A DNA stretch of 64,000 nucleotides, taken from positions 1-64,000 of IMG/VR virus record IMGVR_UViG_3300010938_000950; one strand, given 5' to 3'. A program made the position numbers and the translations under genes. The notes beneath the pieces were generated by a model. That model was not told where the DNA came from. It saw nothing but the letters and a program-made list of their open reading frames with translations, and did not search any database. The stretch's first letter is position 1. Each line of letters begins with the position of its first letter. Below are positions 38,497-49,245 of this stretch, one piece after another.

Positions 38497-40593
38497 ATGA
38501 CAACTATAAAAGCAGGCGTTAATATATTTGATCCACCACCAGGCATGCTACGTGCGGGATCTATTGTGGACTCTTCTGGCGATACTTTTCGTGTTCAGCT
38601 TACAGAAGTTCCTGCTATTAGAGGTAAGGCGCCTTCAGTTCCTATTCCTAGAGTTTTCCCACTCATAGATAGCTCTGGTTTATTTATTGGCTCTTTACCA
38701 GCCAAAAATACTCCAGTTACAGTAGCACAAAGTTTGGGTGGACAATATCATTTTGTTAATTACGAACCAGAAAATAGTAATATTATACCTGATTTGCAAC
38801 CTGGTCAATTACTTATTCGTTCAACAAATACTTCTAAGATTTTAATGGACCTTGAAAGTAATATTAAAATTGGTTCTGATGTCAACAATATCCATGTATT
38901 TGCTAGCAGCCAACGATTTCCTAAAAGCAATTTGGTAACTTTCAATTTCGAGAACGAAAACCATTTCACACAAGGCTATCGTGAAATTGGTGGACTCGTT
39001 AAAAGAGATTTAAGACCGAATCCCCAAGCATCTTCTTACAGCGGTAGTTCTAAACTAGAAGATGATAGTTATGATCCTATTTTTTCTTTTGTAGGTTTAG
39101 ATCCTACATCTACAGCTAATGATATTAAAGTTGGTCCAAACAAGAATCCTCCATTAGTTGAACACAGACAAATTATCTATGAATTCCAATATCAGTCTAA
39201 TATAGAAGATGATAAAATTGAGGCAAATAAGTACACCACTACATCGCAGTCAACTAATTTTTATACAACACCAAATAGACGCAGTAGTCGTGCTGATACA
39301 CTGAGTCTTAGTCTAGTTGCTCCTAATTTTTTAATAGAAGAAGTTAGAGGAACAACAGTTGATATTTTTGGTAACATACTTGATTTGAATAGATTGCCCC
39401 TTCCAGTGGGTTTAACTGCTGAAACCACATTGCGCACAAATGGAACAGTAGCCACTACCGACTCTAAAAAATCATTTATGAATATTAGGGCGCTAGAAAG
39501 AAAGAGCGTGGCATTCCATTTTGAACTCAACGCTCGTAAAGATCCACAACCCACGAACCAGGGAACTAAATTAACCATCAATGATGATAACTATAATGCA
39601 AAATTGCAGCGTAGTAGATTCTTTTTTGATATTGATAAAGAAGGACAATTCAAATTAAACGTTCCAGCTTCCAGTGAGTCTGGTAACATTCCATTGTTAG
39701 TTAGACCAGAAAATTATTCAACATTTGGAACTACCGATAGTGGTAATCCTAATCAGTTATGGTTTACTAAGAGTGGGCAACAAGTTAGTCAAGATATTTA
39801 TGTTGATTCTTTCGCGGCCCCAATGTTAGAAACTAGTGCCGCTGATGTTGGTGCCAAGCCCCAATTTGCGCATGGGTCTATTCAATTAATAGATGGTACC
39901 AATAATAATGATGCTGGTCCTCCGGATCGTATTAGCCAGTTTGTAGATAAAAGCCCTTACAATATAAGACATGGTACAGCTTATCATGATATTTTAAAAA
40001 CATGCACCTTACATCAAGATGGTAGGACTATAGAAAATTATCAACTACAAACAATGGAAGATCCAATTGATACATCTTATATTAAGGATCTTACTGATTT
40101 AGTTAGCACTAAAATTAAAGTGTCGGGTGCTGGAGCAAATGCTGGTGGGCGCAGTGGTTCTATTAATTTAGATGGATCATTAGAAATGAATATTGGCGCT
40201 AATACCGTAGATAGACAATCATTATGGTTAGATACAGCCGGTGGAATATTAGCTAATATTGGAAGAGACCGTAATAACAGAAGTGCTATGGTCAATTTTG
40301 ATGGAGATGTGTTTATCCAAATTGGAGGATTTGGAATTGCTGCGAGTGATGCAAGATTCCAAGGCAAAGATGGTGCCTGGATTGCGACCATGGACTTAAG
40401 AGTATTTGCTGGTGGTTATGCACATATGTTTAGAGTGGATGAAAAGGGTGTTACCGTTATGACTCCACAAGTGCTCAATCTTTATGGTGCACAAGGAATC
40501 AATATGAAGAGTGATGGTCCAATTTATATTGATGCAGATAAACTATATTTGAATCACAGAGAGGTTAATTTGATGCCTCCTACATCTATTTGA
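38497..40593 (+). CDS. Baseplate central spike-like protein (gpV/gp5-like)
   Basis: OB-fold-like N-terminus (LPAKNTPVTVAQ), beta-strand-rich C-terminus; between hub and gp25-like gene. Confidence 0.6.
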   Translation: MTTIKAGVNIFDPPPGMLRAGSIVDSSGDTFRVQLTEVPAIRGKAPSVPIPRVFPLIDSSGLFIGSLPAKNTPVTVAQSLGGQYHFVNYEPENSNIIPDLQPGQLLIRSTNTSKILMDLESNIKIGSDVNNIHVFASSQRFPKSNLVTFNFENENHFTQGYREIGGLVKRDLRPNPQASSYSGSSKLEDDSYDPIFSFVGLDPTSTANDIKVGPNKNPPLVEHRQIIYEFQYQSNIEDDKIEANKYTTTSQSTNFYTTPNRRSSRADTLSLSLVAPNFLIEEVRGTTVDIFGNILDLNRLPLPVGLTAETTLRTNGTVATTDSKKSFMNIRALERKSVAFHFELNARKDPQPTNQGTKLTINDDNYNAKLQRSRFFFDIDKEGQFKLNVPASSESGNIPLLVRPENYSTFGTTDSGNPNQLWFTKSGQQVSQDIYVDSFAAPMLETSAADVGAKPQFAHGSIQLIDGTNNNDAGPPDRISQFVDKSPYNIRHGTAYHDILKTCTLHQDGRTIENYQLQTMEDPIDTSYIKDLTDLVSTKIKVSGAGANAGGRSGSINLDGSLEMNIGANTVDRQSLWLDTAGGILANIGRDRNNRSAMVNFDGDVFIQIGGFGIAASDARFQGKDGAWIATMDLRVFAGGYAHMFRVDEKGVTVMTPQVLNLYGAQGINMKSDGPIYIDADKLYLNHREVNLMPPTSI

Positions 40594-40612
40594 AAGGATA
40601 TATAATTAAACA

Positions 40613-42808
40613 ATGTGTCCTTGTAATCCAAATGATGTATCATTTCCATCACCTTCTGGCCCGAGTGGTCCTTCTATTCCACCGTTTGGCGTTCCATCTG
40701 TTTTGCCAGTGCCATCCATTCCATTTCCTGATGGATTTCCAGAAGATTTATTGGATTTAATGAATAGGCTTCAAATGCTTATTCCCCCAGGGGCATTAAA
40801 GCCTCAACTTAATCCTAATTTTGGTAAAGATGTTTATGATGCTATCATGAAATTGCTTGATCAGTTCATGCCATTTCTGATGTTATACAAATTCTTTTTA
40901 CCAATTTTAAATCTTATTATTTGTATTATAGAAGTTTTATGCGCACTAATGAATCCGTTTGCGCTAATTTCTGCACTCAATAGATTATTCACACAGTGTA
41001 TTCCAGAATTTTTAAATCTATTTCCTATATTTGCTTTGATCTTAATGATCATTTCATTATTACTATTATTGTTGGCTTTAATATTATACATTATTGATCA
41101 GATTTTAAAGTTTATCAAAGCTATTCTTAGAAACATTAATGCGCTGGCAAAGGCTTTCAATTCGGCAAATGCCACTAGTGTACTAGCAATTGCAAAAAAA
41201 CTAGGAGCACTACTCTGTATTTTCCAAAATCTTTTCGTTCTTCTGGCATTATTTGGAATTATCATTCAGGTTATTAAAGATATCTTGAGTCTAATTTTCT
41301 CTATTCCTCCGTGTGATGGTGGTGGTCCAGGAAGCACTGATGGATGCTGTGCTGCAACCTACTGCCCAACTATAGTACAGGGACAAATTAATAACAAAAC
41401 AGGTACACTACAATATCTACCACAAGCGGGATATCAGACTAATGTTCCTCTCGGCTCACTATTTTTAACTTCTGATTTGCGATCTGAAAGTTGGCAATTG
41501 TTTGATGCTCAACAAAGTCAAATTCAAGCGTTCTATAATATTGTTGATGCTTTTGATGTTTCTCCAACAGTTATTCCAAAGCCAGTATATTTCCCAACAG
41601 ATGCAAATTATACTGCTGCCACGCCTCCTGGTCAAGCCGCTTACACTGTAGATTTAAGATTATTTTATAATCCAGCACAATGGGGTAGAGCCGGAGATCC
41701 ACAATACATCAGATTTAAAGATTGTATAGTGTTGAAAGTTCCATCTCAAAGTTTAAATACATACAATAATGGAACGGCTAATATTACTACGGGAGTTTTG
41801 GCTATTGCGGGCGGATTTGGGTATTTAGATGATGGCACCACAAAATTAACTGGATTTGCTCCAGATGGTGTAACCCCAATTGCTGATCAAGCTACTCTTA
41901 ATAACTTTTTGCATAAAGAAGGACAGTTTTCTACTAACCCAGTTCTGACACCAAATGATGGTTATACTTTCTTTGATATGGAGTATACCTTCAAACCAAA
42001 TCTACCAGTACTGCTACAAAAGAATTTAGTGAATGCAAGATGCATGCCAGCCATTGCTCAAAATCAGGCATTTTTAAGTTCAGTAGTATTTTCTCAAGTA
42101 GGATTCCAGGCTGCTGCACTTTCCGATCAAGTAAATGGAAGAAATGGTAGAACTTTCCCAGATCCAAATGGCGCCTTGGAGTGTTTGAATACAGCTATCT
42201 CTAATTTACGATCTAATATGACCGTACAAGGAGTAGCAGATTTTCAAACTACTTGTTTTACATGCCTGGATAAATTACAACAGGATACTAAAGATGCCAT
42301 TTTTGGGCTCATTGGCATAGGATTTAATCCATGTAAGAGTGATTTCAGTATTAGTCCAGTTACACAGTTTACTACCCAACCAATTGTGGTGACAGTTAAT
42401 ATAAACGAAAATGGTGGTTTGCCTATTACGAATGGTATTCCCGAGGATGTTGCAGCTAATATTGCTCGAAACATTAAGGCAACACCAACAGTTGGCACTA
42501 TTGGGCCATTCTCATACGATGGTTATCAAGCATTTACTGCCAATTTGTCAAGCCCAGATCCTGGTAAGGGAGAAATTATGGTCTCTTTCTTGAATCAGGT
42601 ATTTTGTAAAGATACACTTGGAACAGTCAACGATGCTACTGGAGAGTTGACCACGCCTCCATCTCACGTTCTTCAGAATTTGAGTTATGAATTTGTATTC
42701 TCTCCACATGCTCCTGGTAATATTCCTCTCACTGGCGAAGGCGATACCACTGGTACTCAACCACGTCGTGATGCTGGTGATTTACTTAGAGATAAGGATA
42801 ACGGCTAA
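40613..42808 (+). CDS. Cys-rich protein with extended hydrophobic helices within the baseplate cluster
   Basis: 731 aa; hydrophobic helices at about aa 85-230; many Cys. Confidence 0.65.
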   Translation: MCPCNPNDVSFPSPSGPSGPSIPPFGVPSVLPVPSIPFPDGFPEDLLDLMNRLQMLIPPGALKPQLNPNFGKDVYDAIMKLLDQFMPFLMLYKFFLPILNLIICIIEVLCALMNPFALISALNRLFTQCIPEFLNLFPIFALILMIISLLLLLLALILYIIDQILKFIKAILRNINALAKAFNSANATSVLAIAKKLGALLCIFQNLFVLLALFGIIIQVIKDILSLIFSIPPCDGGGPGSTDGCCAATYCPTIVQGQINNKTGTLQYLPQAGYQTNVPLGSLFLTSDLRSESWQLFDAQQSQIQAFYNIVDAFDVSPTVIPKPVYFPTDANYTAATPPGQAAYTVDLRLFYNPAQWGRAGDPQYIRFKDCIVLKVPSQSLNTYNNGTANITTGVLAIAGGFGYLDDGTTKLTGFAPDGVTPIADQATLNNFLHKEGQFSTNPVLTPNDGYTFFDMEYTFKPNLPVLLQKNLVNARCMPAIAQNQAFLSSVVFSQVGFQAAALSDQVNGRNGRTFPDPNGALECLNTAISNLRSNMTVQGVADFQTTCFTCLDKLQQDTKDAIFGLIGIGFNPCKSDFSISPVTQFTTQPIVVTVNINENGGLPITNGIPEDVAANIARNIKATPTVGTIGPFSYDGYQAFTANLSSPDPGKGEIMVSFLNQVFCKDTLGTVNDATGELTTPPSHVLQNLSYEFVFSPHAPGNIPLTGEGDTTGTQPRRDAGDLLRDKDNG

Positions 42809-44664
42809 TGACTGATACTGGAATTGATACACCACAGGACAATTTCATTAGTAATCAGAATTTTGATCCTGATGTTAAGAAGATGTTTAAACATTTTGTC
42901 ACTGGTGGTCATACACCTGATGATAATGAAACCACTCAAAATATCGGAATAGATGATATTAGGGGACAGATTAGTGTATCTATTACGGGCGATACTACAA
43001 AGAACCTAATCAAATCCTTAAATATTAATCCGGCCAGTAATACTATTGCTGGGACACCAAATACGACTACTCCTGTTCAATTGGCACAGGAGAGTAGGTG
43101 CCATGCCTTTTATAGGATTATTGGGTTTCCGGTAGTTAATTCTGACCAGAGTGATTTTTATAATCCAGGTCTAGATATTGTTAAGGGCAAAGGCATTACT
43201 CGTGAAGTTACATTGGAAAGAAAATTACGAATTGCTAGTAATGTTGGGGCAAAATTTGAAGCATTGTCGCAAGCAAGAGAACAATATGCATCACAGTGTT
43301 CTCAAATATTTTCAGTTCCTACGTCTATAGAAGCTGGAGTGTTAGCTTTAACATCAGGAACGTTTGGAAATAAAGGAAATGTTAATAAGCGCAAATTTGC
43401 ACAACCTTTTGAAAAAAGTAAAGAGCCATTTGATTATGATCCTGAAAAACAATCATACTCTTCCCCTGGTGATATCACGTCCACTTTTAGTTTAGTTGGT
43501 AACAATGAAGTATTACTGTCTGACTATCAAGACCCTGACGCTTCATCTGATGAAAATTTTAAACCCAAAGTAGCGACAGGCGGTGGTATTTTATTTGGGC
43601 ACCGACATATCATAAAGCCATTTATAGTAGATCCTAGAATTGATTTTAGTATATGGTCTTCTGAATCAAAAACTTCTAGTGGTGTTTCTAGGCGTATCGC
43701 AGTACCGTTTGTTCCTGACGCTAGTTATTTAAGAACTAGCAGCACTGCCACGGCAGAAAGACCATTGCTAGAAAAAATTATTACAGAAAGATTTGCTGTT
43801 ACCAAAGTACAAGATGCTGGAACTGCTTCAAGTAATTTAATCGAGTATGTAATGAGCTTTAAAGACATACAAAGTATAAATATTGGTAGTACGCCTATTT
43901 CTGATATTTTCAGTGGTAATGTATTTAAGCTGTCACAGCAGCAAGCTTTCGCTCAATATTTATCTACTATACAGGCATTAATGTTCAAACTGGTAGACGC
44001 TATGAGAATAGTTCATGCCAGACAGGGCAGTTATTATTGGCTTCCAATCCCTGATGTATCTGGGCCTGAAGGCGGCTGTAGTACCCGAGATGTGCCTATA
44101 AGACTAGGTACTAATTTGGATAGAAACTTACTTACAGTTAATGATTTTGATATTATAGAAAAACAAGCATCTACACTTTTATCTAATCTACATAGTTCTA
44201 TTTTACAAACTAACAACAAACCAGTGTCTGATGTGGGTGGATATGCATTTTCTAACTATAAACTTACACCAGATCCTGGCAATTCAGACTCGTATGGCAA
44301 TTTGAGCCAGAAAACCCAAAATAATCTAGAATCTATTAGATCAACGTCTTTGAATCAAGCAGCCGACGCTCTACAAATAATTGAAATGATTATGGGCGAA
44401 TTTAGCGGATTAGGATTGGCAGATATTGTTGCTATTATAGGATCTTTGTACGTAATGCCAATTAATGATTTACTGGGGTTTTTGGATGATGATGCTATTG
44501 TTAGGGCTGAAACTTCGTTAAAACAACAGTCAGGAAGTTTAAAGGGCAATAGATCGGGCATAGTTCCGGCTATGACGTCTTTGTGCAATACTGTCAATGG
44601 TTTCTATCAAATTATGGATAAGATTTTTGAGGACTATATAAACAATAATGCTCTCAGCCTTTAA
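42808..44664 (+). CDS. Hypothetical baseplate-region protein
   Basis: 618 aa, TAATG coupled to upstream gene. Confidence 0.7.
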   Translation: MTDTGIDTPQDNFISNQNFDPDVKKMFKHFVTGGHTPDDNETTQNIGIDDIRGQISVSITGDTTKNLIKSLNINPASNTIAGTPNTTTPVQLAQESRCHAFYRIIGFPVVNSDQSDFYNPGLDIVKGKGITREVTLERKLRIASNVGAKFEALSQAREQYASQCSQIFSVPTSIEAGVLALTSGTFGNKGNVNKRKFAQPFEKSKEPFDYDPEKQSYSSPGDITSTFSLVGNNEVLLSDYQDPDASSDENFKPKVATGGGILFGHRHIIKPFIVDPRIDFSIWSSESKTSSGVSRRIAVPFVPDASYLRTSSTATAERPLLEKIITERFAVTKVQDAGTASSNLIEYVMSFKDIQSINIGSTPISDIFSGNVFKLSQQQAFAQYLSTIQALMFKLVDAMRIVHARQGSYYWLPIPDVSGPEGGCSTRDVPIRLGTNLDRNLLTVNDFDIIEKQASTLLSNLHSSILQTNNKPVSDVGGYAFSNYKLTPDPGNSDSYGNLSQKTQNNLESIRSTSLNQAADALQIIEMIMGEFSGLGLADIVAIIGSLYVMPINDLLGFLDDDAIVRAETSLKQQSGSLKGNRSGIVPAMTSLCNTVNGFYQIMDKIFEDYINNNALSL

Positions 44665-44709
44665 TCCTTCGAATTACCTAATAATTTCGTATTACAGGGT
44701 GGAGCAGGT

Positions 44710-45141
44710 ATGTCTTTCGATCTAAAAATAGTTAACGGTGACCTAGTAATTAATCAGGGAGCCTTACAAACCGTTGAAGATAGCGAAAAGCTTATTCAAG
44801 ATATTTTAAAGATTTGCCTAACGGATGTTGGTGGCAATCCATTGCATCCATCCTATGGATCATTTTTGTCGAGATCAGTTGTGGGAAATGCCCAACAAAC
44901 ACAAATGATTGTACAGATAGCTAAATCACAATTAAATACTTGTTTAACTAATCTACAGCATTTACAAAAACTACAGATTCAATCTTTACAAAAAGTGAGC
45001 GCTGATGAACAACTTGCAGCAATAACAGGTATATCTGTAGTAAGAAGTGCATTTGATCCAAGACTTTTCAACGTTAAAATTAGTGCTGTGACTAAAGGTT
45101 TTAAACCAATCACCACTGCTTTTAGCATATCAACAATCTAA
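44710..45141 (+). CDS. Baseplate wedge protein, gp25/gpW-like
   Basis: MSFDLKIVNGDLVI...KLIQDILKICLT..G.NPLHPSYGS; directly before J-like gene. Confidence 0.82.
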   Translation: MSFDLKIVNGDLVINQGALQTVEDSEKLIQDILKICLTDVGGNPLHPSYGSFLSRSVVGNAQQTQMIVQIAKSQLNTCLTNLQHLQKLQIQSLQKVSADEQLAAITGISVVRSAFDPRLFNVKISAVTKGFKPITTAFSISTI

Positions 45142-45150
45142 GGATAGCTT

Positions 45151-48100
45151 ATGGTCACAATAAGATCAGTAAATGAAATTATTGCCAACCTGATAGACTT
45201 TTTCAGAATGGCTCAGCCCAACTTGGATACTAAACCAGGTACAGTAGCTAGAGATTTATTTATCGAAGGTCCATCAGCGCAGTTGTCTTTATTGTATGAT
45301 GAATTACAGGGCGTATCTAATAAGCAGTCTTTGAGACTTTCCATTGGTACTGATTTAGATAAATTAGGTAAAAACTTTGGATTAACTAGAAAACAATCTA
45401 CTCCATCTACTGGTGTTGCATTGCTTACTTTTTCTTCACTTAATGCAACTATCAATATCAACCCCGGCGCCCCAATTTATACTTCAGGAGGACTAGGTTT
45501 TACCGTCATCAATGGTATATCCATCGTTCCATCCAACATTAACTTCTATCGTTCAGTAGCCACTAAGTTTGCGGCTCAGCTTGCATTTGCTGGTATTACA
45601 GATCAATATGCAGTTGAAGTAAGTGTAATTGCTTCGGCTCCCGGATCCTCCGGCAATATTGGGCAGTATACTCTTGCGAAGGTTAATATTCCTGGTATTA
45701 GCAACGTAACTAACGTAGCTAGTTTTGCTGGAGGTACTGACCAAGAAACCGATGCTGCTTTCAGAAATCGTATTTTATCTACTTTCAGTGGATCTAGCGT
45801 GGGCACTCAGCTTGGTTATTTAAACGCCGCACTAAGTGTAACTGGAGTACAAGATGCAGTAGTTATTGAGCCGGGTGATCCTTTAATGACACGTGATGGT
45901 TCTGTAGTAGAAACTATTAATGGTGTTTTAACTGTAGTACAAGAAGGTGCGGGCGGTAAAGTAGATGTAGTTGTCTTAGGAACCAACGATGTTGCTAATA
46001 CAGATACTTTTATCTATCAAGATAAGAGCAACAACAACGATCCAACCAGCTCTAAAAATAATTTTGTGTTGGGGCAAATTGCTTCCGATGCTAACTTAAG
46101 TATCTCTCAAAAAAGAGTAAAAAATATCAAAAACGGACAAACGCCAGCGCAACCAGTTAGCTCCATTATACAGGTTACAGGTTCAAGTAGTGGATCCAAT
46201 TTTATTCCATACACAGTTGATCAATATGGGCGTGGCACTGGAAATTATCTTTTGGTCAAAGATACCGGTGTTTATGGAGGAAGCCCATTTGGATTTGATA
46301 CTTTTGTATGGAAAAATGATCAGATTGAATTCCAAGAGGATATTATCAAGGGACAATCTAATGGACAGGACCCAACAACATTCACCGAAGTCCAGAAAAT
46401 TTCCAATGCGCAACAGCAACTTAGTGTAACCAATGAAAATAGTTTGGTTACTAGTGATCGCTCTATTATTCAATTGTTACATTATCCCGCTACCAACGTA
46501 ACTAGAGTTTTTAACACCAATACTGGTGAAAGATATCTAATTACTAATCAAAATGTAGACAATACATCCCCATATAACTCAACAGGAAGAATTCAAGTTT
46601 CTGGAAATACATTACCATCACCAAGTGATGTACTACAGGTGGACTATACCTGGGTATTGGATTACGATAGATATTCAGATTTCGATGGCCTAGAACATAC
46701 ACAAAATCCAAGATCCGTTACTGATAGTATAGATTGGGGATATCCTTCATCCATCAAAAATGAAGTAATTGAATTTTCTTTAAGCCCAGGAAACAATTTT
46801 TATATCGGCACAGCATCTCATCCTGTAGATACAATTATTTCTACAGACAGTTTTCTGCAAGTAGATGGATATGTACAAATTATTGGTTCTGGTGCCTTTG
46901 TTAATAGATTATCTGTAACTTTATTAAATCTTGCAGACCCTTCTACATCTGTTGATTCTGTTGTTTGGAAAAATAACAGCACTGAACTTTATAAAACTGA
47001 TCAGCTCGACGGATCTTTTTCTAATGTTGCCGGAGTAGTTGGTATCAATGTTCTTTATACTACTACCATTATCTTACCAACAGATACACCAGCTCAAATT
47101 GGTGATAGAGTAACTGTCTATTTAAACAGCACTAATATTTTCCAATCTAATACTCTTCAGGGTAGCAGCAATGGAACACAAATTACTATTCCTTCATCGT
47201 TAGTTAATTCCACGGCAAACAGAATTAATTTAAGGGTAACTTACATTGCAAACGTTAATGATTTGTTCTCATCTGTAACTACAGTACTACCAACCAGCCG
47301 TATAGGAAATGGGTACGCCCTTTCTAATAATAGTGGATTTAATAATTTCAGTATTGCTAATATATCAAGAAGAGAAAATCAAGTTGTTCAAGTTAACTTA
47401 AGCAATCAATCATTTGTTGAATTAAGTTTACCAATCTCAGATTATAGCTTGTCAGCCGATAATGTTTTATCAGTGGTAAGATTAACAGATGGCAAAGAAC
47501 TATGGAACTCAGATAATAAAGGAACAGTAATAAATGGTGTGAGCGGCAACTATCAACTTATCCTAACAGGATTTAATACTCCTGCCGCGGCTGATCGCGT
47601 ATTAGTTATTTACTATGCTACAGATATTAGAAGATTTCAGCCATTTAGTTTTACTAATAGGGTTATTAAAACTCGTATTAATAATTTAAGTGAAGATCCT
47701 ATCACGAAAAACTTTACGGTTCCACTAGTTCAATTTACTGCACAATCTAGTGGACTAAAATTTGACGTAGTTGAAACAAATAGTAACACTATTTTGTTTA
47801 GTGTAACCGACGGCTATTTAACTCCAATTAGTTCTACGCAAGCCAATCTTAATAGCTTGACTGTTAATTTTTCAGGTTTGCCAGATTTAACTAATAAAGT
47901 AGTTAAGATTACAGGGGCGACGGCACCTAATAATGATGGTTATTATGAAATCGTATCTTATAATATAAGCACAAATAATATCACCATTACCACCACTCTA
48001 AATAATATTACTGCAAATCAAATTTCAGTCGTTAGATTATTAGATGGAAAAGAGCTGTGGAATTACACCGGAACTATAGATCTAGCTAATAATAGATTAA

Positions 48101-49245
48101 TTATCCCAAAATCTACAAATGCACTGGCTGGTGATTTAGTTTACGTTATGTTCTTTAATTTTAACAATCTGCGTAAAGCCCCAACGCGCATTATAGGTAC
48201 CATTGTAGATCAAATAGTTAATACTGGAGTAGTGTCTGTTGTTGGAACAACAATGGCTTTAGCAACAGATGTAATCTTTACTGCAACCAGCACTGGTTTA
48301 CAGCAAAATCTACAAGAAGCATTACGAAAAGCTTTAAATCTTAGTTCGACAGCCAGTATCCCTAGTACGATTAAAATAGCAAAAATTGTTAAAGCTGAAA
48401 AAGTTACGACATTTTCGGCAGGTAGCGATATTGTAACTAGCGTATTGACAACTTATGATACAGTTGGTACAACAATTTCTAGTAACCTATTCTTCTCAGA
48501 CACAATGAGAGAGAATCCATTATTATCAGGGGTTGATTTTATATTGCCATCTACCACTAATAATACATTAACTGGATCAATTAATAACTTACCAACAGTG
48601 GGAGATTTAATTAGAGTTACTTTCTATTATACAACTGAAAATGATTCTGAAAATCTTGCATATACTAGAATTGGTTCGTTATATACAAATAAGAAGTTTG
48701 CTTTAATAAATCAGATTTATGTAAATAGTGGGTTTCAGTCTTCCCAGGCCACAAAGTTTACGGCAACTTCATTTACTAAACCAAGTGTTGGTGCCAGATA
48801 TACGGCTTTTTACAACTATAAAGCACCAAAACAAAACGAGAGAATTCTCATACAGTACAACTATAATAAGTTGATCTCAGATACAACTTTTGCTATTGAG
48901 AGTAGTCGTCCAATTAATGCAGATGTGCTGGTTAGATCGGCCAAGTTAATACTAATTGATTTAACTATGAATGTAGTAATTAATCCAAATTTCCTAACTA
49001 CATCATCTACAGTTCTGCAAAATTTGCGCAATCAGCTTGTAGCTACACTCACGAGCACTCAGTTAGGACAAACGATAGATCAAATTACATTAATCAACAT
49101 AGCACAGGGAGTACAAGGTATAGATAGAGCTAGAATACTTTTCTTCAATAAAACTGGGCTACCAGGCCAAGTATTAAGTATTACGGCCGCTGAAGATGAA
49201 TATTTCCAGTCGAATACTATCACTATCAATACTGAAACCAGATGA
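45151..49245 (+). CDS. Baseplate J-like (gp6-like) wedge protein with large insertion
   Basis: DLDKLGKNFGLTRKQ, G.SGNIG..T, GGTDQETDAAFRNRI J-family motifs; 1364 aa. Confidence 0.88.
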   Translation: MVTIRSVNEIIANLIDFFRMAQPNLDTKPGTVARDLFIEGPSAQLSLLYDELQGVSNKQSLRLSIGTDLDKLGKNFGLTRKQSTPSTGVALLTFSSLNATININPGAPIYTSGGLGFTVINGISIVPSNINFYRSVATKFAAQLAFAGITDQYAVEVSVIASAPGSSGNIGQYTLAKVNIPGISNVTNVASFAGGTDQETDAAFRNRILSTFSGSSVGTQLGYLNAALSVTGVQDAVVIEPGDPLMTRDGSVVETINGVLTVVQEGAGGKVDVVVLGTNDVANTDTFIYQDKSNNNDPTSSKNNFVLGQIASDANLSISQKRVKNIKNGQTPAQPVSSIIQVTGSSSGSNFIPYTVDQYGRGTGNYLLVKDTGVYGGSPFGFDTFVWKNDQIEFQEDIIKGQSNGQDPTTFTEVQKISNAQQQLSVTNENSLVTSDRSIIQLLHYPATNVTRVFNTNTGERYLITNQNVDNTSPYNSTGRIQVSGNTLPSPSDVLQVDYTWVLDYDRYSDFDGLEHTQNPRSVTDSIDWGYPSSIKNEVIEFSLSPGNNFYIGTASHPVDTIISTDSFLQVDGYVQIIGSGAFVNRLSVTLLNLADPSTSVDSVVWKNNSTELYKTDQLDGSFSNVAGVVGINVLYTTTIILPTDTPAQIGDRVTVYLNSTNIFQSNTLQGSSNGTQITIPSSLVNSTANRINLRVTYIANVNDLFSSVTTVLPTSRIGNGYALSNNSGFNNFSIANISRRENQVVQVNLSNQSFVELSLPISDYSLSADNVLSVVRLTDGKELWNSDNKGTVINGVSGNYQLILTGFNTPAAADRVLVIYYATDIRRFQPFSFTNRVIKTRINNLSEDPITKNFTVPLVQFTAQSSGLKFDVVETNSNTILFSVTDGYLTPISSTQANLNSLTVNFSGLPDLTNKVVKITGATAPNNDGYYEIVSYNISTNNITITTTLNNITANQISVVRLLDGKELWNYTGTIDLANNRLIIPKSTNALAGDLVYVMFFNFNNLRKAPTRIIGTIVDQIVNTGVVSVVGTTMALATDVIFTATSTGLQQNLQEALRKALNLSSTASIPSTIKIAKIVKAEKVTTFSAGSDIVTSVLTTYDTVGTTISSNLFFSDTMRENPLLSGVDFILPSTTNNTLTGSINNLPTVGDLIRVTFYYTTENDSENLAYTRIGSLYTNKKFALINQIYVNSGFQSSQATKFTATSFTKPSVGARYTAFYNYKAPKQNERILIQYNYNKLISDTTFAIESSRPINADVLVRSAKLILIDLTMNVVINPNFLTTSSTVLQNLRNQLVATLTSTQLGQTIDQITLINIAQGVQGIDRARILFFNKTGLPGQVLSITAAEDEYFQSNTITINTETR

